Part shown: positions 18,248-28,785 of the stretch, in pieces
How the letters are laid out: the number at the start of each line of letters is the position of its first letter
Position numbering within the stretch: position 1 is the first letter of the stretch
Source of the DNA: Phycisphaerae bacterium
Lineage (GTDB): Bacteria > Planctomycetota > Phycisphaerae > UBA1845
Direction of reading: 5' to 3'
DNA: 64,000 bases
Assembly: GCA_963666835.2 (NCBI GenBank)
Contig: CAXXGO010000006.1
Location: 1 to 64,000 of the forward strand
Notes under the pieces: generated by a model
Told to the model about the DNA's origin: nothing
What the model saw: the letters and a program-made list of their open reading frames with translations, nothing else
The model's database searches: none
Translations under genes and position numbers: made by a program

Positions 18248-19558
18248 GGCGAAGTCCGACCTGCTTCGCCAGGTATTCCCGTCCAATACCGCGTTCCCGG
18301 GCGGCGGGGCATTCATACACGGTGAGGCATTCCCGCCCGGTGGCGTGCAGCCTTCTTCGCCGGGACTTGCCAGAGCCGAGAGATCCCAAAATACAAACTT
18401 AGCGCCATGCGCCTTCCCGCTCGGCCCGTCCGCCTTTGTAACTGACGCAACCACCGTGTTGCCGGTGGGCGAAACCGTAATCCGATGCGGCTGCCCCGGA
18501 AGAACATCAGCAGGGAAGGCCAGGTCGGCGAGCCAAGCGCCATCGCGCATACTTGCGACACTAATGCGGAACCTCGAGCCTCTCGGCGCGTTGCGATCGA
18601 TCATCAAGCTGAAGATGCGGTCAAAGTTGCAGTCGTACACAGGGTAATCGCGCAGCCAACCCGGCGGACCGCCAACAAGCACAGTCGTCTCGGTGCCCGT
18701 TCGGAAATCCCACGTCGTGCGATTCACCATAAACACTTGGCCGTCTTCGCTGACCCAGCACGGCCTCCCGGCATATGACACCGAGAGCGTACGCGCGGGC
18801 TCGCAGGGCGGAGTGACGTCGTGCAGCGTCATGCCGTGCGAAGGTTGGTTCCATTTTGGACGAGTCCATTCGAGAAGCATACTCTCGGCGCCCGGGATGA
18901 TGAGGAAGTCGCGACGGTCCTCTCGCCCGGAAGGCTGCCCGATATCGACGCGGACCGTAATCTCCCCGCTTTCGAGATCCAGGCCAACCACTTCCGTGTG
19001 TCCTACAGCTTCGTCCGTCTCCTGTCGGAAAAAGGCTGTTCGTCGGTCAGAAGAGAATCCTATGATGCGCGGCCGGTCCGCGCCATCGGCACTCACCGAG
19101 AAGCTGACCCTTCTTACAACCTCACCGGACATCGCGTTGATGACGACGAATTCGTGGGGAGGGGAACAGACGATGATCAACGCATCGCCATCACGCGTCA
19201 ACGTAGCCAAGCGATTCTTTCTACCGCAATCGGCCAAGAGCGTCCACACTACCTTGCCCGTCAACACATCGACTGCCAGGATTCTGTCGGTGAAGCGTCG
19301 GGAGGGGCAGTCGTCGGTGCGCTTTGCAGCCTCATTGGCAATCCGAGACTCGACAAAGAGCGTTGCTCCATCCCTTGAGAATAACGGAGTTTGCGTATAC
19401 GTGTACTTTCCCAGGTCTAAGGTACGGCACGGCAGAATCGCAGACCGAACGGGTCCCAACGAACCTCTGAGGGTGTTCGGTTCCGCCGCGATGCCGGTGT
19501 GCGAGAGGGTGACGACGAGCAATATCAGGGCCTTCGGTTTGCCTATCGTAAACATCAT
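18239..19558 (-). CDS. Secreted hypothetical protein, probable beta-propeller
   Basis: Signal peptide; repeated blade-like motifs FSRDG, DVLTGKVVW, FSSDRR, LDLESGE, VSEDG, VSPTG; stop codon lies in the MITE B end. Confidence 0.65.
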   Translation of the reverse strand: MMFTIGKPKALILLVVTLSHTGIAAEPNTLRGSLGPVRSAILPCRTLDLGKYTYTQTPLFSRDGATLFVESRIANEAAKRTDDCPSRRFTDRILAVDVLTGKVVWTLLADCGRKNRLATLTRDGDALIIVCSPPHEFVVINAMSGEVVRRVSFSVSADGADRPRIIGFSSDRRTAFFRQETDEAVGHTEVVGLDLESGEITVRVDIGQPSGREDRRDFLIIPGAESMLLEWTRPKWNQPSHGMTLHDVTPPCEPARTLSVSYAGRPCWVSEDGQVFMVNRTTWDFRTGTETTVLVGGPPGWLRDYPVYDCNFDRIFSLMIDRNAPRGSRFRISVASMRDGAWLADLAFPADVLPGQPHRITVSPTGNTVVASVTKADGPSGKAHGAKFVFWDLSALASPGEEGCTPPGGNASPCMNAPPPGNAVLDGNTWRSRSDFAQS

Positions 19559-19737
19559 CCGGCAGCTCCAAAAAGCAAGTTACCAACCCGCCCGACTGCG
19601 TCGCACAGGTGCCCAACGCCAAACCACCGTGAGAAAGTGGGCCCCGCCGTCCTCACGCCATCGAACATGATTCAACATACAAGAAGCATACTCCACCTGT
19701 GAAGGCAAACCAACCCCGGGCTGCGTCGGGCAGAGCC

Positions 19738-20334
19738 CAATGGTACTAACCTTGGCAAACGAGAGAGTCCTCTCTGATATGTGGGCTGCATCCCGTCCGA
19801 GTACGCCAACGGCGTTGCGCCCTCCAGCCCGGAGGGCTCACATGAAGTAGCCGGGGGCAAGGCCGCGCAGCGGCTGCCGCCCCCGGACCCGGTCCCCACA
19901 ACCTGCCTAACCCCGCAGGGGGTCAAACAGCCCCGGTGAATGCGCTTTGCCACTGTTTTCGACGCATTCTCAATAAGGACGGGCAGCCGAAACAAACTCG
20001 CGGTTTCTCGCCGCCGTCTCTTTCACCCTGTCAGGGTGATTGGGATTGTTGGGACCCCATCCGGGGGCGGCGGCCGCTGCGCGGCCTTGCCCCCGGCTAC
20101 TATCTTGCAGGCTTTCAGCCTGAACACCGAGCCGGCCTGACGCCGTTCGCTGAAAAGGAAGCCGCGCCTTGCGGCCTCTGAGACTGAGGATTGGGCCACC
20201 GCGGAGTCGGACGGATACGATTCGCTCGCTCGGCAAAGACGGGTAGAACAACGAGGAGCTCCGCCCGCGGCTAAATGCCTACGTCCCTTCGGGACGGTTG
20301 CCTGCATGGCAGCCTGACAAGGTTAGTACCATTG
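19738..20334 (-). mobile_element. MITE copy C (best preserved, inverted relative to A and B, with nested REP pair)
   Basis: Perfect 17-bp TIR CAATGGTACTAACCTTG; flanks GGCAGAGCC / GGCAGAGGC (8/9 match, candidate 9-bp TSD). Confidence 0.8.
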
Positions 20335-20380
20335 GGCAGAGGCCGACCTACTTGGCTCCACCACCGGCAAACGACCCAAC

Positions 20381-20401
20381 AAAGACTCCCGACCCCTTTT
20401 T
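20381..20401 (-). repeat. Right arm of a family P element
   Basis: AAAGACTCCCGACCCCTTTTT directly abutting the gspE stop codon. Confidence 0.8.
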
Positions 20402-22090
20402 CTAGGTGCTGGCGAGGGCGTCGATTTTGGTGACGCGGACGACTTCTTCGATGGTGGTGATGCCGTTGCGGACTTTGGACCAGCCGTCTTCGCGCATCAG
20501 CTTGAAACCCTGGGCGCGGGCTGCTTCCAGAATCTCCGTCGCGGACCTGCGGGCCAAGATCATGTCACGAAGGTCGTCGTTGACCATCAGCAGCTCGAAG
20601 ATACCCAACCGGCCGCGGTAGCCGCTCTGCCGGCATTCCCGACAGCCCGTACCGCGGTACACCTTCTGGCCCGGCTCGAGTGCGAAGTCGGGCGGGAGAT
20701 CGCGTTTGTCCGGTACGTACTCCTCCCGGCAGTGTTTGCAGATCTGCCGGACCAGACGCTGCCCGAGCACGCCGCTTATCGCGCTGGAAACCAAAAACGG
20801 TTCGACGCCCATGTCCAGCAAACGGGTCGTGGCCGTGACCGCGTCGTTGGTGTGCAAGGTGCTGAAAACCAGGTGGCCCGTGAGTGACGCGTTAATGGCA
20901 ACCTCGGCGGTTTCCAGGTCGCGAATCTCGCCGACGAGAATCACGTCCGGGTCGTGCCGCAGAAACGCCCGCAATCCGGAGGCGAAGGTCAACCCAATGT
21001 GCGGCTTGATCTGCACCTGCTGAATGCCGTCGAGGTAGTACTCGATCGGATCCTCCACGGTGAGGATCTTGATAGTGTCGTTGCGGATCGTGTTGAGCGC
21101 CCCGTACAGCGTGGTGGTCTTGCCGGACCCGGTCGGGCCGGTTACCAGGATGATTCCATAGGGCTGGGAGATCAGGTGGTTGACGCCCTTGTTCGCCTCG
21201 TCAATCAACCCCAGTTGATCCAAGGAGAAGAGCACCGATTGTTTGTCGAGAATACGCATCACTACCGCCCCGCCGAATGCGGTCGGAATGATGCTCACGC
21301 GCAGGTCGATATCCCGGTTCTGGGCCTTGATCTTGAAACCGCCGTCTTGCGGCAGACGCTTCTCGGCGATGTTCAGGTTCGACAGAATCTTGATACGGCT
21401 GACGATTGCCGAGTGGAACCGGCGAATCTCCGGCGGAACGTTCGTCGTGTGCAATACGCCGTCGATCCGATACCGGATCTTCAGGTCGTCTTCGTACGGC
21501 TCGATGTGGACGTCGCTGGCACGATCGCGAATGGCCTCCAGCAGAATCTCGTTGACCAGCTTGACGACCGTGGCCTCTTGGGCCTGTTCGATCAAATCAG
21601 CGTTGTCGACGTCAATCTCGCTGACGACTTCGACGGAGTCGTCCTGGCCGATCATCTCCTCGACGGTGCGGCCACCGACGCCGTAGTACTGCTTGATGAT
21701 GCGCGAGATTTCCTCGCTGGTGGCCAGCACGGTCTCGATCTTCGCGCCCATGAGCATGCGCAGCTCGTCGAACGCGTACAGGTTGAACGGGTTGTTCGTG
21801 GCGACCCGAATCGACCCGTTGGTTCGGTCGATAGGGATGACCCGATCGCGATGCACGACCTTGGACGGGGCCAGCTTGAGCAGCTCGGGGTCGATCTCGA
21901 TTTCACTGAGATCAACCAAAGGAATCGAAAGCTGTTCGCCGTATAGCTCGAGGTAGTCGTGCTCGGAGATAAAACCGAGCCGAACGAGACAATGCTCGAT
22001 CCGCTCGTTGGACTTGCGGATCTCGACCGCTTGCTGCAACTGAGCGGCCGTGACCTTCTGACGCTGGACCAGAATATCGCCCAGGCTCAC
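20402..22090 (-). CDS. gspE: Type II secretion / type IV pilus assembly ATPase (GspE/PilB family)
   Basis: MshEN-like N-terminus, ASDVHIEP, RLPQDG, GPTGSGKTT, DPDVILVGEIRD, TGHLVFSTLH, tetracysteine motif. Confidence 0.93.
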   Translation of the reverse strand: MSLGDILVQRQKVTAAQLQQAVEIRKSNERIEHCLVRLGFISEHDYLELYGEQLSIPLVDLSEIEIDPELLKLAPSKVVHRDRVIPIDRTNGSIRVATNNPFNLYAFDELRMLMGAKIETVLATSEEISRIIKQYYGVGGRTVEEMIGQDDSVEVVSEIDVDNADLIEQAQEATVVKLVNEILLEAIRDRASDVHIEPYEDDLKIRYRIDGVLHTTNVPPEIRRFHSAIVSRIKILSNLNIAEKRLPQDGGFKIKAQNRDIDLRVSIIPTAFGGAVVMRILDKQSVLFSLDQLGLIDEANKGVNHLISQPYGIILVTGPTGSGKTTTLYGALNTIRNDTIKILTVEDPIEYYLDGIQQVQIKPHIGLTFASGLRAFLRHDPDVILVGEIRDLETAEVAINASLTGHLVFSTLHTNDAVTATTRLLDMGVEPFLVSSAISGVLGQRLVRQICKHCREEYVPDKRDLPPDFALEPGQKVYRGTGCRECRQSGYRGRLGIFELLMVNDDLRDMILARRSATEILEAARAQGFKLMREDGWSKVRNGITTIEEVVRVTKIDALAST

Positions 22091-22408
22091 TGGCTGTTCC
22101 CCGCTTAATGACCCTCGGCGGCGAGCCGATGGTCCCTGTTTGTACCGAGATCGCGACGGTCAACGCAGACCGCCCCTGCCATCTTATACAGTAGATCGAG
22201 TCTTGGGATTCGCCTAATGCGGTAAATCGTAAACAGTTTATATGACATAGGTTATGTGCTGTTTGGCGGTCGGTTACGGCCATTTTCCGCACTTGTCTGA
22301 GGCCGTAAGCGGCGTTATGGTTCGCGCAGCGGGTGTTCGGGCGGTTTACGACCGTCCGCCGCGTGGGGATGTGACGGGCGCGGGTGTTGCAATAACGGAC
22401 GTAAGCAG

Positions 22409-23845
22409 ATGAACGAGAGTGGCGGTATCGAATCGCGTTATCAGACTTCGAAGGCTCTGCTTCAGCGGAGGGGCCAGGGGCACGTCTTGCGCTGGTGGGA
22501 CGAGTTAGACCAAGCCAAGCGCGAGGCCCTGCTAGCCGACATCGAAGCGGTGCCGTGGGAGGTGTTGGATCCGCTGATTCCGGCGTTGGTGCTCAATCCG
22601 AAGGCGCGCGCGGTGCCGCACGACCTGGCGCCGCCGAAGGTGTACCCGCACGTGCCCGAGCCGAGTCAGGTGGACTTCTACACTGACAGCATCGCCACGG
22701 GGCGGGAGATAATCCGAGCGGGAAAGGTCGCGGCGCTTACCGTAGCGGGCGGGCAGGGCAGTCGGCTGGGGGTCGACGGACCGAAAGGGGCGGTAGTGGT
22801 CACGCCGGTGGGGGAGCGTACTCTCTTTCAGTTGTTCGCCGAGGCGCTCGCCGCGACATGCCAGCGATATGACACAGTAATACCCTGGTACATCATGACC
22901 AGTCCGGCCAACCACGGGCAGACCCTGGACTTCTTCCGCGCGCACGATTACTTCGGCCTGCCCGAGGCGGACGTCATCATGTTCACCCAGGGTGTGTTGC
23001 CCGCGATGGATCATGACGGGCGTTTGCTGCTGCAGGAGAAGCACCGGTTGGCCCTTGCTCCGGATGGGCACGGGGGGACGCTCAAGGCGCTGGTGGCCGG
23101 TGGGGCTTTGCGGGATATGCAGACTCGCGGGGTGGAGGTGATCTCTTATTTCCAGGTCGACAACCCGCTCGTTACCGCCGTGGATCCGCTGTTCATCGGC
23201 TTGCACGCCAAGACCGGATCGGAGATGTCGACGAAGGTGACTCCGAAGGCCGACGATGTTGAACGGGTCGGCAATGTGTGCCTCTGTGACGGGCGGGTGA
23301 CGATCATCGAGTATTCCGACCTGCCGGACGAACTGGCTCACGCCAGAACCGCGGAAGGCCACCGCAAGTTCAACGCGGGCAATCTCGCCATTCATCTTCT
23401 TGACGTGGCGTTTGTCGATCGTGTCATTGCCCAGTCACTACAGATGCCGTTCCGACGAGCGGACAAGGTAGTTCCGTATGTCGGGGCTGACGGATCCGTG
23501 GTCAAGCCGACCTCTCCGAACGCGGTGAAGCTGGAGGCTTTCGTGTTTGACGTGTTGCCTCTGGCGCAAAACGCGTTGGTCTTCGAGGTGGATAGGGCCG
23601 AGGAGTTCTCGCCGGTTAAGAACGCCACGGGGGTGGATTCGCTGGAGACGTCCCAGCGGGACCAGGTACGCCGAGCCTGCCGATGGTTGGAATCTGCAGG
23701 GGTGGAGGTTCCGCGCGACGGTAACGGAGAGCCCGCGGTAACCGTGGTGATCGGCCCGTCGTTTGCGCTCGATGCGGAGGGGGTCAGGACACGAGTTGCC
23801 GAGGTTCCCCGACTGAAGCCAGGCGATGCGATCTACTTAGCGTAG
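22409..23845 (+). CDS. UDP-N-acetylhexosamine pyrophosphorylase (UDPGP type 1, eukaryote-like)
   Basis: AGGQGSRLG..GPKG, PDGHGG, QVDN, KLEAFVFD and EEFSPVKN motifs. Confidence 0.9.
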   Translation: MNESGGIESRYQTSKALLQRRGQGHVLRWWDELDQAKREALLADIEAVPWEVLDPLIPALVLNPKARAVPHDLAPPKVYPHVPEPSQVDFYTDSIATGREIIRAGKVAALTVAGGQGSRLGVDGPKGAVVVTPVGERTLFQLFAEALAATCQRYDTVIPWYIMTSPANHGQTLDFFRAHDYFGLPEADVIMFTQGVLPAMDHDGRLLLQEKHRLALAPDGHGGTLKALVAGGALRDMQTRGVEVISYFQVDNPLVTAVDPLFIGLHAKTGSEMSTKVTPKADDVERVGNVCLCDGRVTIIEYSDLPDELAHARTAEGHRKFNAGNLAIHLLDVAFVDRVIAQSLQMPFRRADKVVPYVGADGSVVKPTSPNAVKLEAFVFDVLPLAQNALVFEVDRAEEFSPVKNATGVDSLETSQRDQVRRACRWLESAGVEVPRDGNGEPAVTVVIGPSFALDAEGVRTRVAEVPRLKPGDAIYLA

Positions 23846-23893
23846 GTTGACGGCGTTGGGTTTGCCTTCGGCCAGCGCCCGGAAAATGAGTAG

Positions 23894-24472
23894 ATCATCG
23901 GGTCCCCCACCTCTAAAGAGGTGGGGCACCCAGCCGCTGAAGCGATGGGCCACCCGTCCATTGGACTCTACTCCGCTTCGCGCAACGCAGGCATCGTACG
24001 TGCAGCATGTCGCACGACACGGTCGGCATGGGTAGGGCACGGTCGAGGCACGAGACCTGCCGCGGAGTTCGCGCGCCCTCTTATAGCGGTCCGACTCCCC
24101 CACCTCTGAAGCGATGGGCCACCCATCCTTGCACGAGGCGTGCCGTTGCGGCAGGTCTCGTACCTCGACCTGCCCTACAACTGGTGCCACTGGGGTGTCA
24201 TGCGGCAACTCGTTGACCCGTGTAGTGTCCGGACGTTGGCATCTCTCGTACGCAATGCGTCCGCGCGATCTTGTACGTGGATCATCGGTTTCCCCACCTC
24301 TGAAGAGATGGGCCACCCATCGGCTGACTCTACTCCGCTTCGCGCAATGCGGGCATCGTACGTGCAGCATGTCGCACGACACGGTCGGCATGGGTAGGGC
24401 ACGGTCGAGGCACGAGACCTGCCGCGGAGTTCGCGCGCCCTCTTATAGCGGTCCGACTCCCCCACCGCTAAA
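23894..24472. repeat. Mosaic REP cluster with about 140-bp direct repeat (23964-24104 / 24326-24466)
   Basis: Several CCCACCTCT(G/A)AAG(C/A)G(A/G)TGGG hairpins plus GTAGGGCACGGTCGAGG-ACGAGACCTGCC REPs; direct-repeat offset 362 bp. Confidence 0.85.
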
Positions 24473-26320
24473 GGGCCTGTCGGTTTAGTCGCAGCAGACG
24501 GAGTATGGGTGAGCGATCTCCGTGCGGCTCGCGCTGTTGCACGGCTACGTTCTCCTCATCCAATCCGTGTCATCGTGGGCGTCCCTGGCAGATCAGACTC
24601 CCTATCTTCCCTAATAGAACGGTTTTTCCTGCGCGCAAGCCTTTTTAGGCCTCTTACATGGCTTTCACCCGACCCTCGGCGCGCAGAGCTCCCACTATCG
24701 CTATCAGTTTCTTTATGTTGAAGGCTGTGCATGCCCATAACCACTCGGTTCGGACCTTGTCCAATCCACGTAGCAGAAACTGCCGAAGCCCCATTGCATG
24801 CTTGATGACTGCGTTGGGAGTCTCCGCCAGATGCGCCCGCCGTGCGTAGTCCTTCTTACCGGATGCCGTCTTCAGCCGCGCCGCAACCTTCTGGCGAAGC
24901 GGTTCATGTTGATCATGTGAAACCGTTCGCCGCTTGCACTTGCCGGATAGACAATCTTCCGCCAGCCTGCAACCCTCACATGACAAACACCGATAGACCC
25001 GGTATTCCGAATCGGCGCCGTTCTCACGACCCTTCGTCTTGACTTGATCAAACGTCAGCCGGCGACCCTGTGGGCAGTAATAGCAGTCTTCTTCCCGCTG
25101 ATAAACGAAGGCGGCGCGGTCCAGCTTTCCCGTCTGACGACGACGAGGAAGCTTAGCCCAGTCCGCCTCCGGCACCGGGGTACTCGGGTCCGAACGTTCC
25201 GCCGGATTGTCATCCGGCAACCGCGAAGTCCCCGTAGGCATCAAAGGTTCAATCCCGCGATCCACCAACGCCGAGAGGTTGCCACCTGTGCCGAACGTCG
25301 AATCTGCCACCAACTGCTCGGGTTTCTGACCAAAAGCGGATTCAATACGCTCGGCCGTGGGGATTACGGCCTCCGCTTCGTTAATCTCGTTGAGCACGTC
25401 CCCATCTACGATCATCCCGCACTCATCATCCGCAGCGGCTACCGGATTGTAATTCGGACCATAGCCGCCTTCTTTGTTGGGCATGATCGTCGAATCCGGA
25501 TCGGCCACCGGAACCTTGGCCTTACGTTTCGAAGTGTTTTGGGACTTGCTATGCTTGGCGTCGATCTTCTTCGCAGCCTCCAAGGCCTTATGAAGTTGTT
25601 TCTGACGCTTCTTCAGATCGCCCAACTCCGACGGCAGGGTGTTGACCGAAACGCTGTCGCCAAACAGATCCTTCTCGCGACGATCTATCTGATCCGCCTC
25701 GGCCAGCAACTTATCGATCTGTTCGTCCAGAACACGTAATCGTTCTTCAAGCGTCTTGGCAGTGGCCGTCGCGTGTGGACTGCTATTCGCTTTAACCCGA
25801 GTCCCGTCCAACGCCACCTGATTCAGGCGTATCAATCCCATTTGCATAGCCACGCGGCCGATCTGTCGGAACAGATCCTTCAGTTCTCGTTTGAACCTCG
25901 TGCGGAAATCACAGAATGTCGAATGGTCGATGATCCGTCCTTCCGTCAGCCACATGAAGTCAACAGCGTTACCACACGCCCACTCCAGACGCCGACTCGA
26001 TCGAATCTTGTTGGTCAGACCGTATAGAATCGCCCCGGCCACGATCTTGGGGTGAATCGGCGGCTGCCCCACCACCAGAACGTAATGTTGTTCCCAGCTT
26101 GCCCAATCCAGTCCATCGAGGATTTCCATCAAGAGCCGCACCGAGTGATTCTCGGGGATGCGGTCTCCCAACGTCTCGGGAATCAGGAGTATTTGGTCTC
26201 TGGGCAGCGGGGCTCGGTTCCATCTGCTCATGCTCGTTGCCTCCCTGCGACGCCTCTCTTCCTGACGCTCGGCCACGAACACCTGCCATCAAGAACCATG
26301 CCAATTAAATCGACAGGCCC
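24473..26320 (-). mobile_element. IS1182-family insertion sequence
   Basis: TIRs GGGCCTGTCGGTTTA / TAAATCGACAGGCCC (1 mismatch) enclosing a single transposase; flanks TAAA / TGAA. Confidence 0.85.
24654..26231 (-). CDS. IS1182-family transposase
   Basis: GQPPIHPK, IRSSRRLE, DHSTFCDFR, LDGTRVKAN, DPDS, ADS, YYCPQG, ETPNAVIK, FLLRGLDKV. Confidence 0.93.
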   Translation of the reverse strand: MSRWNRAPLPRDQILLIPETLGDRIPENHSVRLLMEILDGLDWASWEQHYVLVVGQPPIHPKIVAGAILYGLTNKIRSSRRLEWACGNAVDFMWLTEGRIIDHSTFCDFRTRFKRELKDLFRQIGRVAMQMGLIRLNQVALDGTRVKANSSPHATATAKTLEERLRVLDEQIDKLLAEADQIDRREKDLFGDSVSVNTLPSELGDLKKRQKQLHKALEAAKKIDAKHSKSQNTSKRKAKVPVADPDSTIMPNKEGGYGPNYNPVAAADDECGMIVDGDVLNEINEAEAVIPTAERIESAFGQKPEQLVADSTFGTGGNLSALVDRGIEPLMPTGTSRLPDDNPAERSDPSTPVPEADWAKLPRRRQTGKLDRAAFVYQREEDCYYCPQGRRLTFDQVKTKGRENGADSEYRVYRCLSCEGCRLAEDCLSGKCKRRTVSHDQHEPLRQKVAARLKTASGKKDYARRAHLAETPNAVIKHAMGLRQFLLRGLDKVRTEWLWACTAFNIKKLIAIVGALRAEGRVKAM

Positions 26321-26389
26321 TGAAGCGATGGGCCAGGCGCCCACCGGCAGTTCCTGCGGCTCGGAAGCTACCAGAAGCGCGGCATCTTC

Positions 26390-26479
26390 GTAGGGCACGG
26401 TCGAGGAACGAGACCTGCCGTGATCCTCGCACGACATTCGTTGTTATTGCGGCAGGTCTCGTGCCTCGACCTGCCCTAC
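26390..26479. repeat. Inverted pair of GTAG-type REPs
   Basis: GTAGGGCACGGTCGAGGAACGAGACCTGCC ... GGCAGGTCTCGTGCCTCGACCTGCCCTAC. Confidence 0.85.
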
Positions 26480-26499
26480 AACTGCTGCCGGCGCGCGGA

Positions 26500-28491
26500 T
26501 CAGTCGGGAAGAGCAACACCGAGGTACGCGTCGTATTCGTGAGCGCCGTTCAGCAGGTCGATCAGGCGGAGGATGTCTTCCGGGCTATCGCTGCCGCTAC
26601 GGTTGATGTCGGTTGACCATTCGTCGTACGGGCCGCCGGAGCCGTCGAGCCAGTCGATCAGGTCCTGGAGATCCGCGGCGTCGGTGGTCCCGTCGGCGTC
26701 GACATCACCCGGGAGGTTCCCCAACCGCACCGTCATGTTGCTGTCATTGTGGCGGATCGTGGTCCACGCTCCGTCCGGAATGACCATGTTGAAGTCCAAC
26801 GTCACGGTGTCGCCGTCCGTGGTAACCGCAGTAATGCTCGGAGTGGTACCCGCGGGATCCACCGTAATGGTGAAGTCGGCGGCGGTCATCCCGGCGGTCG
26901 CACCGTCGAACGTAATATCGATCGAGTCCCAGCCGGCCGGGTCGGTGCCGTCCGGATTGTAAGGCTGCCGAGCGTCGATCGCGCCGTCCGGCGGAATACT
27001 GCTCTCAATCATCAGGCTCGGGGTTATGGACGAAAGCGCGGCGTAGGCGTTGATCCGCCCATAGCCGAACAGCTCGTCAAAGCCCGCATCGCCCAGATCG
27101 TCGGCCGTACTGGTCAGGACGGTCCGAATCTCATCGTTGGTCAGATAGTACGCATACGATTTGATCAACGCGGCCAGCCCGGCGACATGCGGCGACGCCT
27201 GCGAGGTACCATGCATTTCGTCGTACCCGCTAGTGCCTATTGTCGAGTAGATTTCGTAGCCCGGTGCGGCAACATCCACTTCGGGGCCATGGTTGGACAC
27301 GGTGTAGAAGCCGTCGTCGCGGTTGGAAGCGCTCACCGCCACACAGTTGGCGTATTTGGCGGGAGCAGCTACCGGATCCGCCGGATCGGGGTTCATGTTC
27401 GTATTCCCGGCCGCGGCGATTACGATCACGCCCATGCCATGCGCATAATCAACGGCCGCTTCGAATATGGTCTCATTGGCGTCCGACAGTTGGTAATACT
27501 GCAGACTCAGGTTACAGACTTCCGCGCCGTGATTAGCCGCCCAGATCAAACCGGAGGCCGCTGCTACGACTGTACTGTAGCCAGCGGAGTTGGTGACGCG
27601 GACCGGCAGGATACTCGCACTCCAGTGGACTCCTGCGAAGCCGATCGCGTTGTTGCCCGTTGCGGTGGCGATTCCGGTAACGTGAGTCCCGTGCCCGTGT
27701 AGGTCGGACGTGGTTGTTCGATAGTCGCAATATCCGCCGGGACAATCCTCCTCATCCCAGCAGGTGTATCCATCCTTACTCCCGCCGTGGCATACTCTCG
27801 AAGAGTACGTATCCACGCCCGGCAGCAGCCGTGTGGCGAGATCGACATGCGGGTCTACGCCGGTGTCCAGGATAGCAATGGTGACCGTTCCAGGGTTGCC
27901 GGTGTGCAACTCCCAGGCCTCGGGCGCGTCGATGTCCGCATCATAAGTCCCGCCATTCTGGCCCGTGTTATGCATGCCGTACTGCAAGGAGAACCACGTG
28001 TCGTCTGGTATGAGCTGCGCGAGGCTGCCGATCGAGCTTGCCCCGGCCGCCTCGATGTCTTCGGCGCACTCCTGCAAGTCGGCGGCCATGGTTGGCGTGT
28101 CGGTGCCCGGCGGGACATCGACCACGTAGATTCGATCCAGGCCCAGCTCTGCGGCCAGTTCCGGGTTGCCGAACTCATTCGGATAGAGCGGACGAATTCG
28201 CAAGGCACCCCACTTGTGGGAGACCTCCCGCACTTCGGCGCCGACGGCTTCTTCGACGCTTGCGGCCGCACCCGATCGACGAAGTCTCCGGGCGACCTTT
28301 GCCCGGCGCGACGCCTCCGGCCGGAGCTTCATAACGACCTGCTCGGAAGAGTATCCGCCCGGTTTATCGGCCAGAGCGCTGTTTGGGGTCGAACGGACCT
28401 GTGCCTGCGCCGCCGAGGAAGCATAGACGGCCAGCCCCAGACCCAACGCAAACAGCCGGACCATTACCGTTAACCGGTTGACATAAGGCAT
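26500..28491 (-). CDS. Secreted S8 (subtilisin-like) serine protease with C-terminal Ig-like and dockerin-like domains
   Basis: ILDTG, HGHGTHV, AAAGN, GTSQASPHVAG; GDVDADG and DINRSG EF-hand-like repeats; signal peptide; GGAGGGG RBS. Confidence 0.92.
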   Translation of the reverse strand: MPYVNRLTVMVRLFALGLGLAVYASSAAQAQVRSTPNSALADKPGGYSSEQVVMKLRPEASRRAKVARRLRRSGAAASVEEAVGAEVREVSHKWGALRIRPLYPNEFGNPELAAELGLDRIYVVDVPPGTDTPTMAADLQECAEDIEAAGASSIGSLAQLIPDDTWFSLQYGMHNTGQNGGTYDADIDAPEAWELHTGNPGTVTIAILDTGVDPHVDLATRLLPGVDTYSSRVCHGGSKDGYTCWDEEDCPGGYCDYRTTTSDLHGHGTHVTGIATATGNNAIGFAGVHWSASILPVRVTNSAGYSTVVAAASGLIWAANHGAEVCNLSLQYYQLSDANETIFEAAVDYAHGMGVIVIAAAGNTNMNPDPADPVAAPAKYANCVAVSASNRDDGFYTVSNHGPEVDVAAPGYEIYSTIGTSGYDEMHGTSQASPHVAGLAALIKSYAYYLTNDEIRTVLTSTADDLGDAGFDELFGYGRINAYAALSSITPSLMIESSIPPDGAIDARQPYNPDGTDPAGWDSIDITFDGATAGMTAADFTITVDPAGTTPSITAVTTDGDTVTLDFNMVIPDGAWTTIRHNDSNMTVRLGNLPGDVDADGTTDAADLQDLIDWLDGSGGPYDEWSTDINRSGSDSPEDILRLIDLLNGAHEYDAYLGVALPD

Positions 28492-28785
28492 GAACACAAT
28501 CCCCTCCGAAGAGAAGCGCGGCCGCCCTGCCGACGGCTCGTCCTCTCGCGAAACGCCACCATTCTGGCACCCCGTACGGCCCGCGCTCCCTGAGTGTACG
28601 TCAGTACCGAATATTAGGGAAGGCAATTTCGCTCTTCAAGCCCGATAACCATGGCGGATGGATCGCGGCGGGCTTTGTCGCTTCCGCTCTGGTGCCGCCA
28701 CCGTAAAGCGGCACCATAAGCCGGCCCTCATTCGTTCACCGACAGATGAAAGCCCGGCTTGGCCAAGCGTCGCGTCCAGCGGGCC

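Noticed and set aside
16409..20401. Integron cassette array
   Set aside because: No integrase is present, the two genes are convergent, and the separators have transposon-like TIRs rather than attC R-box structure
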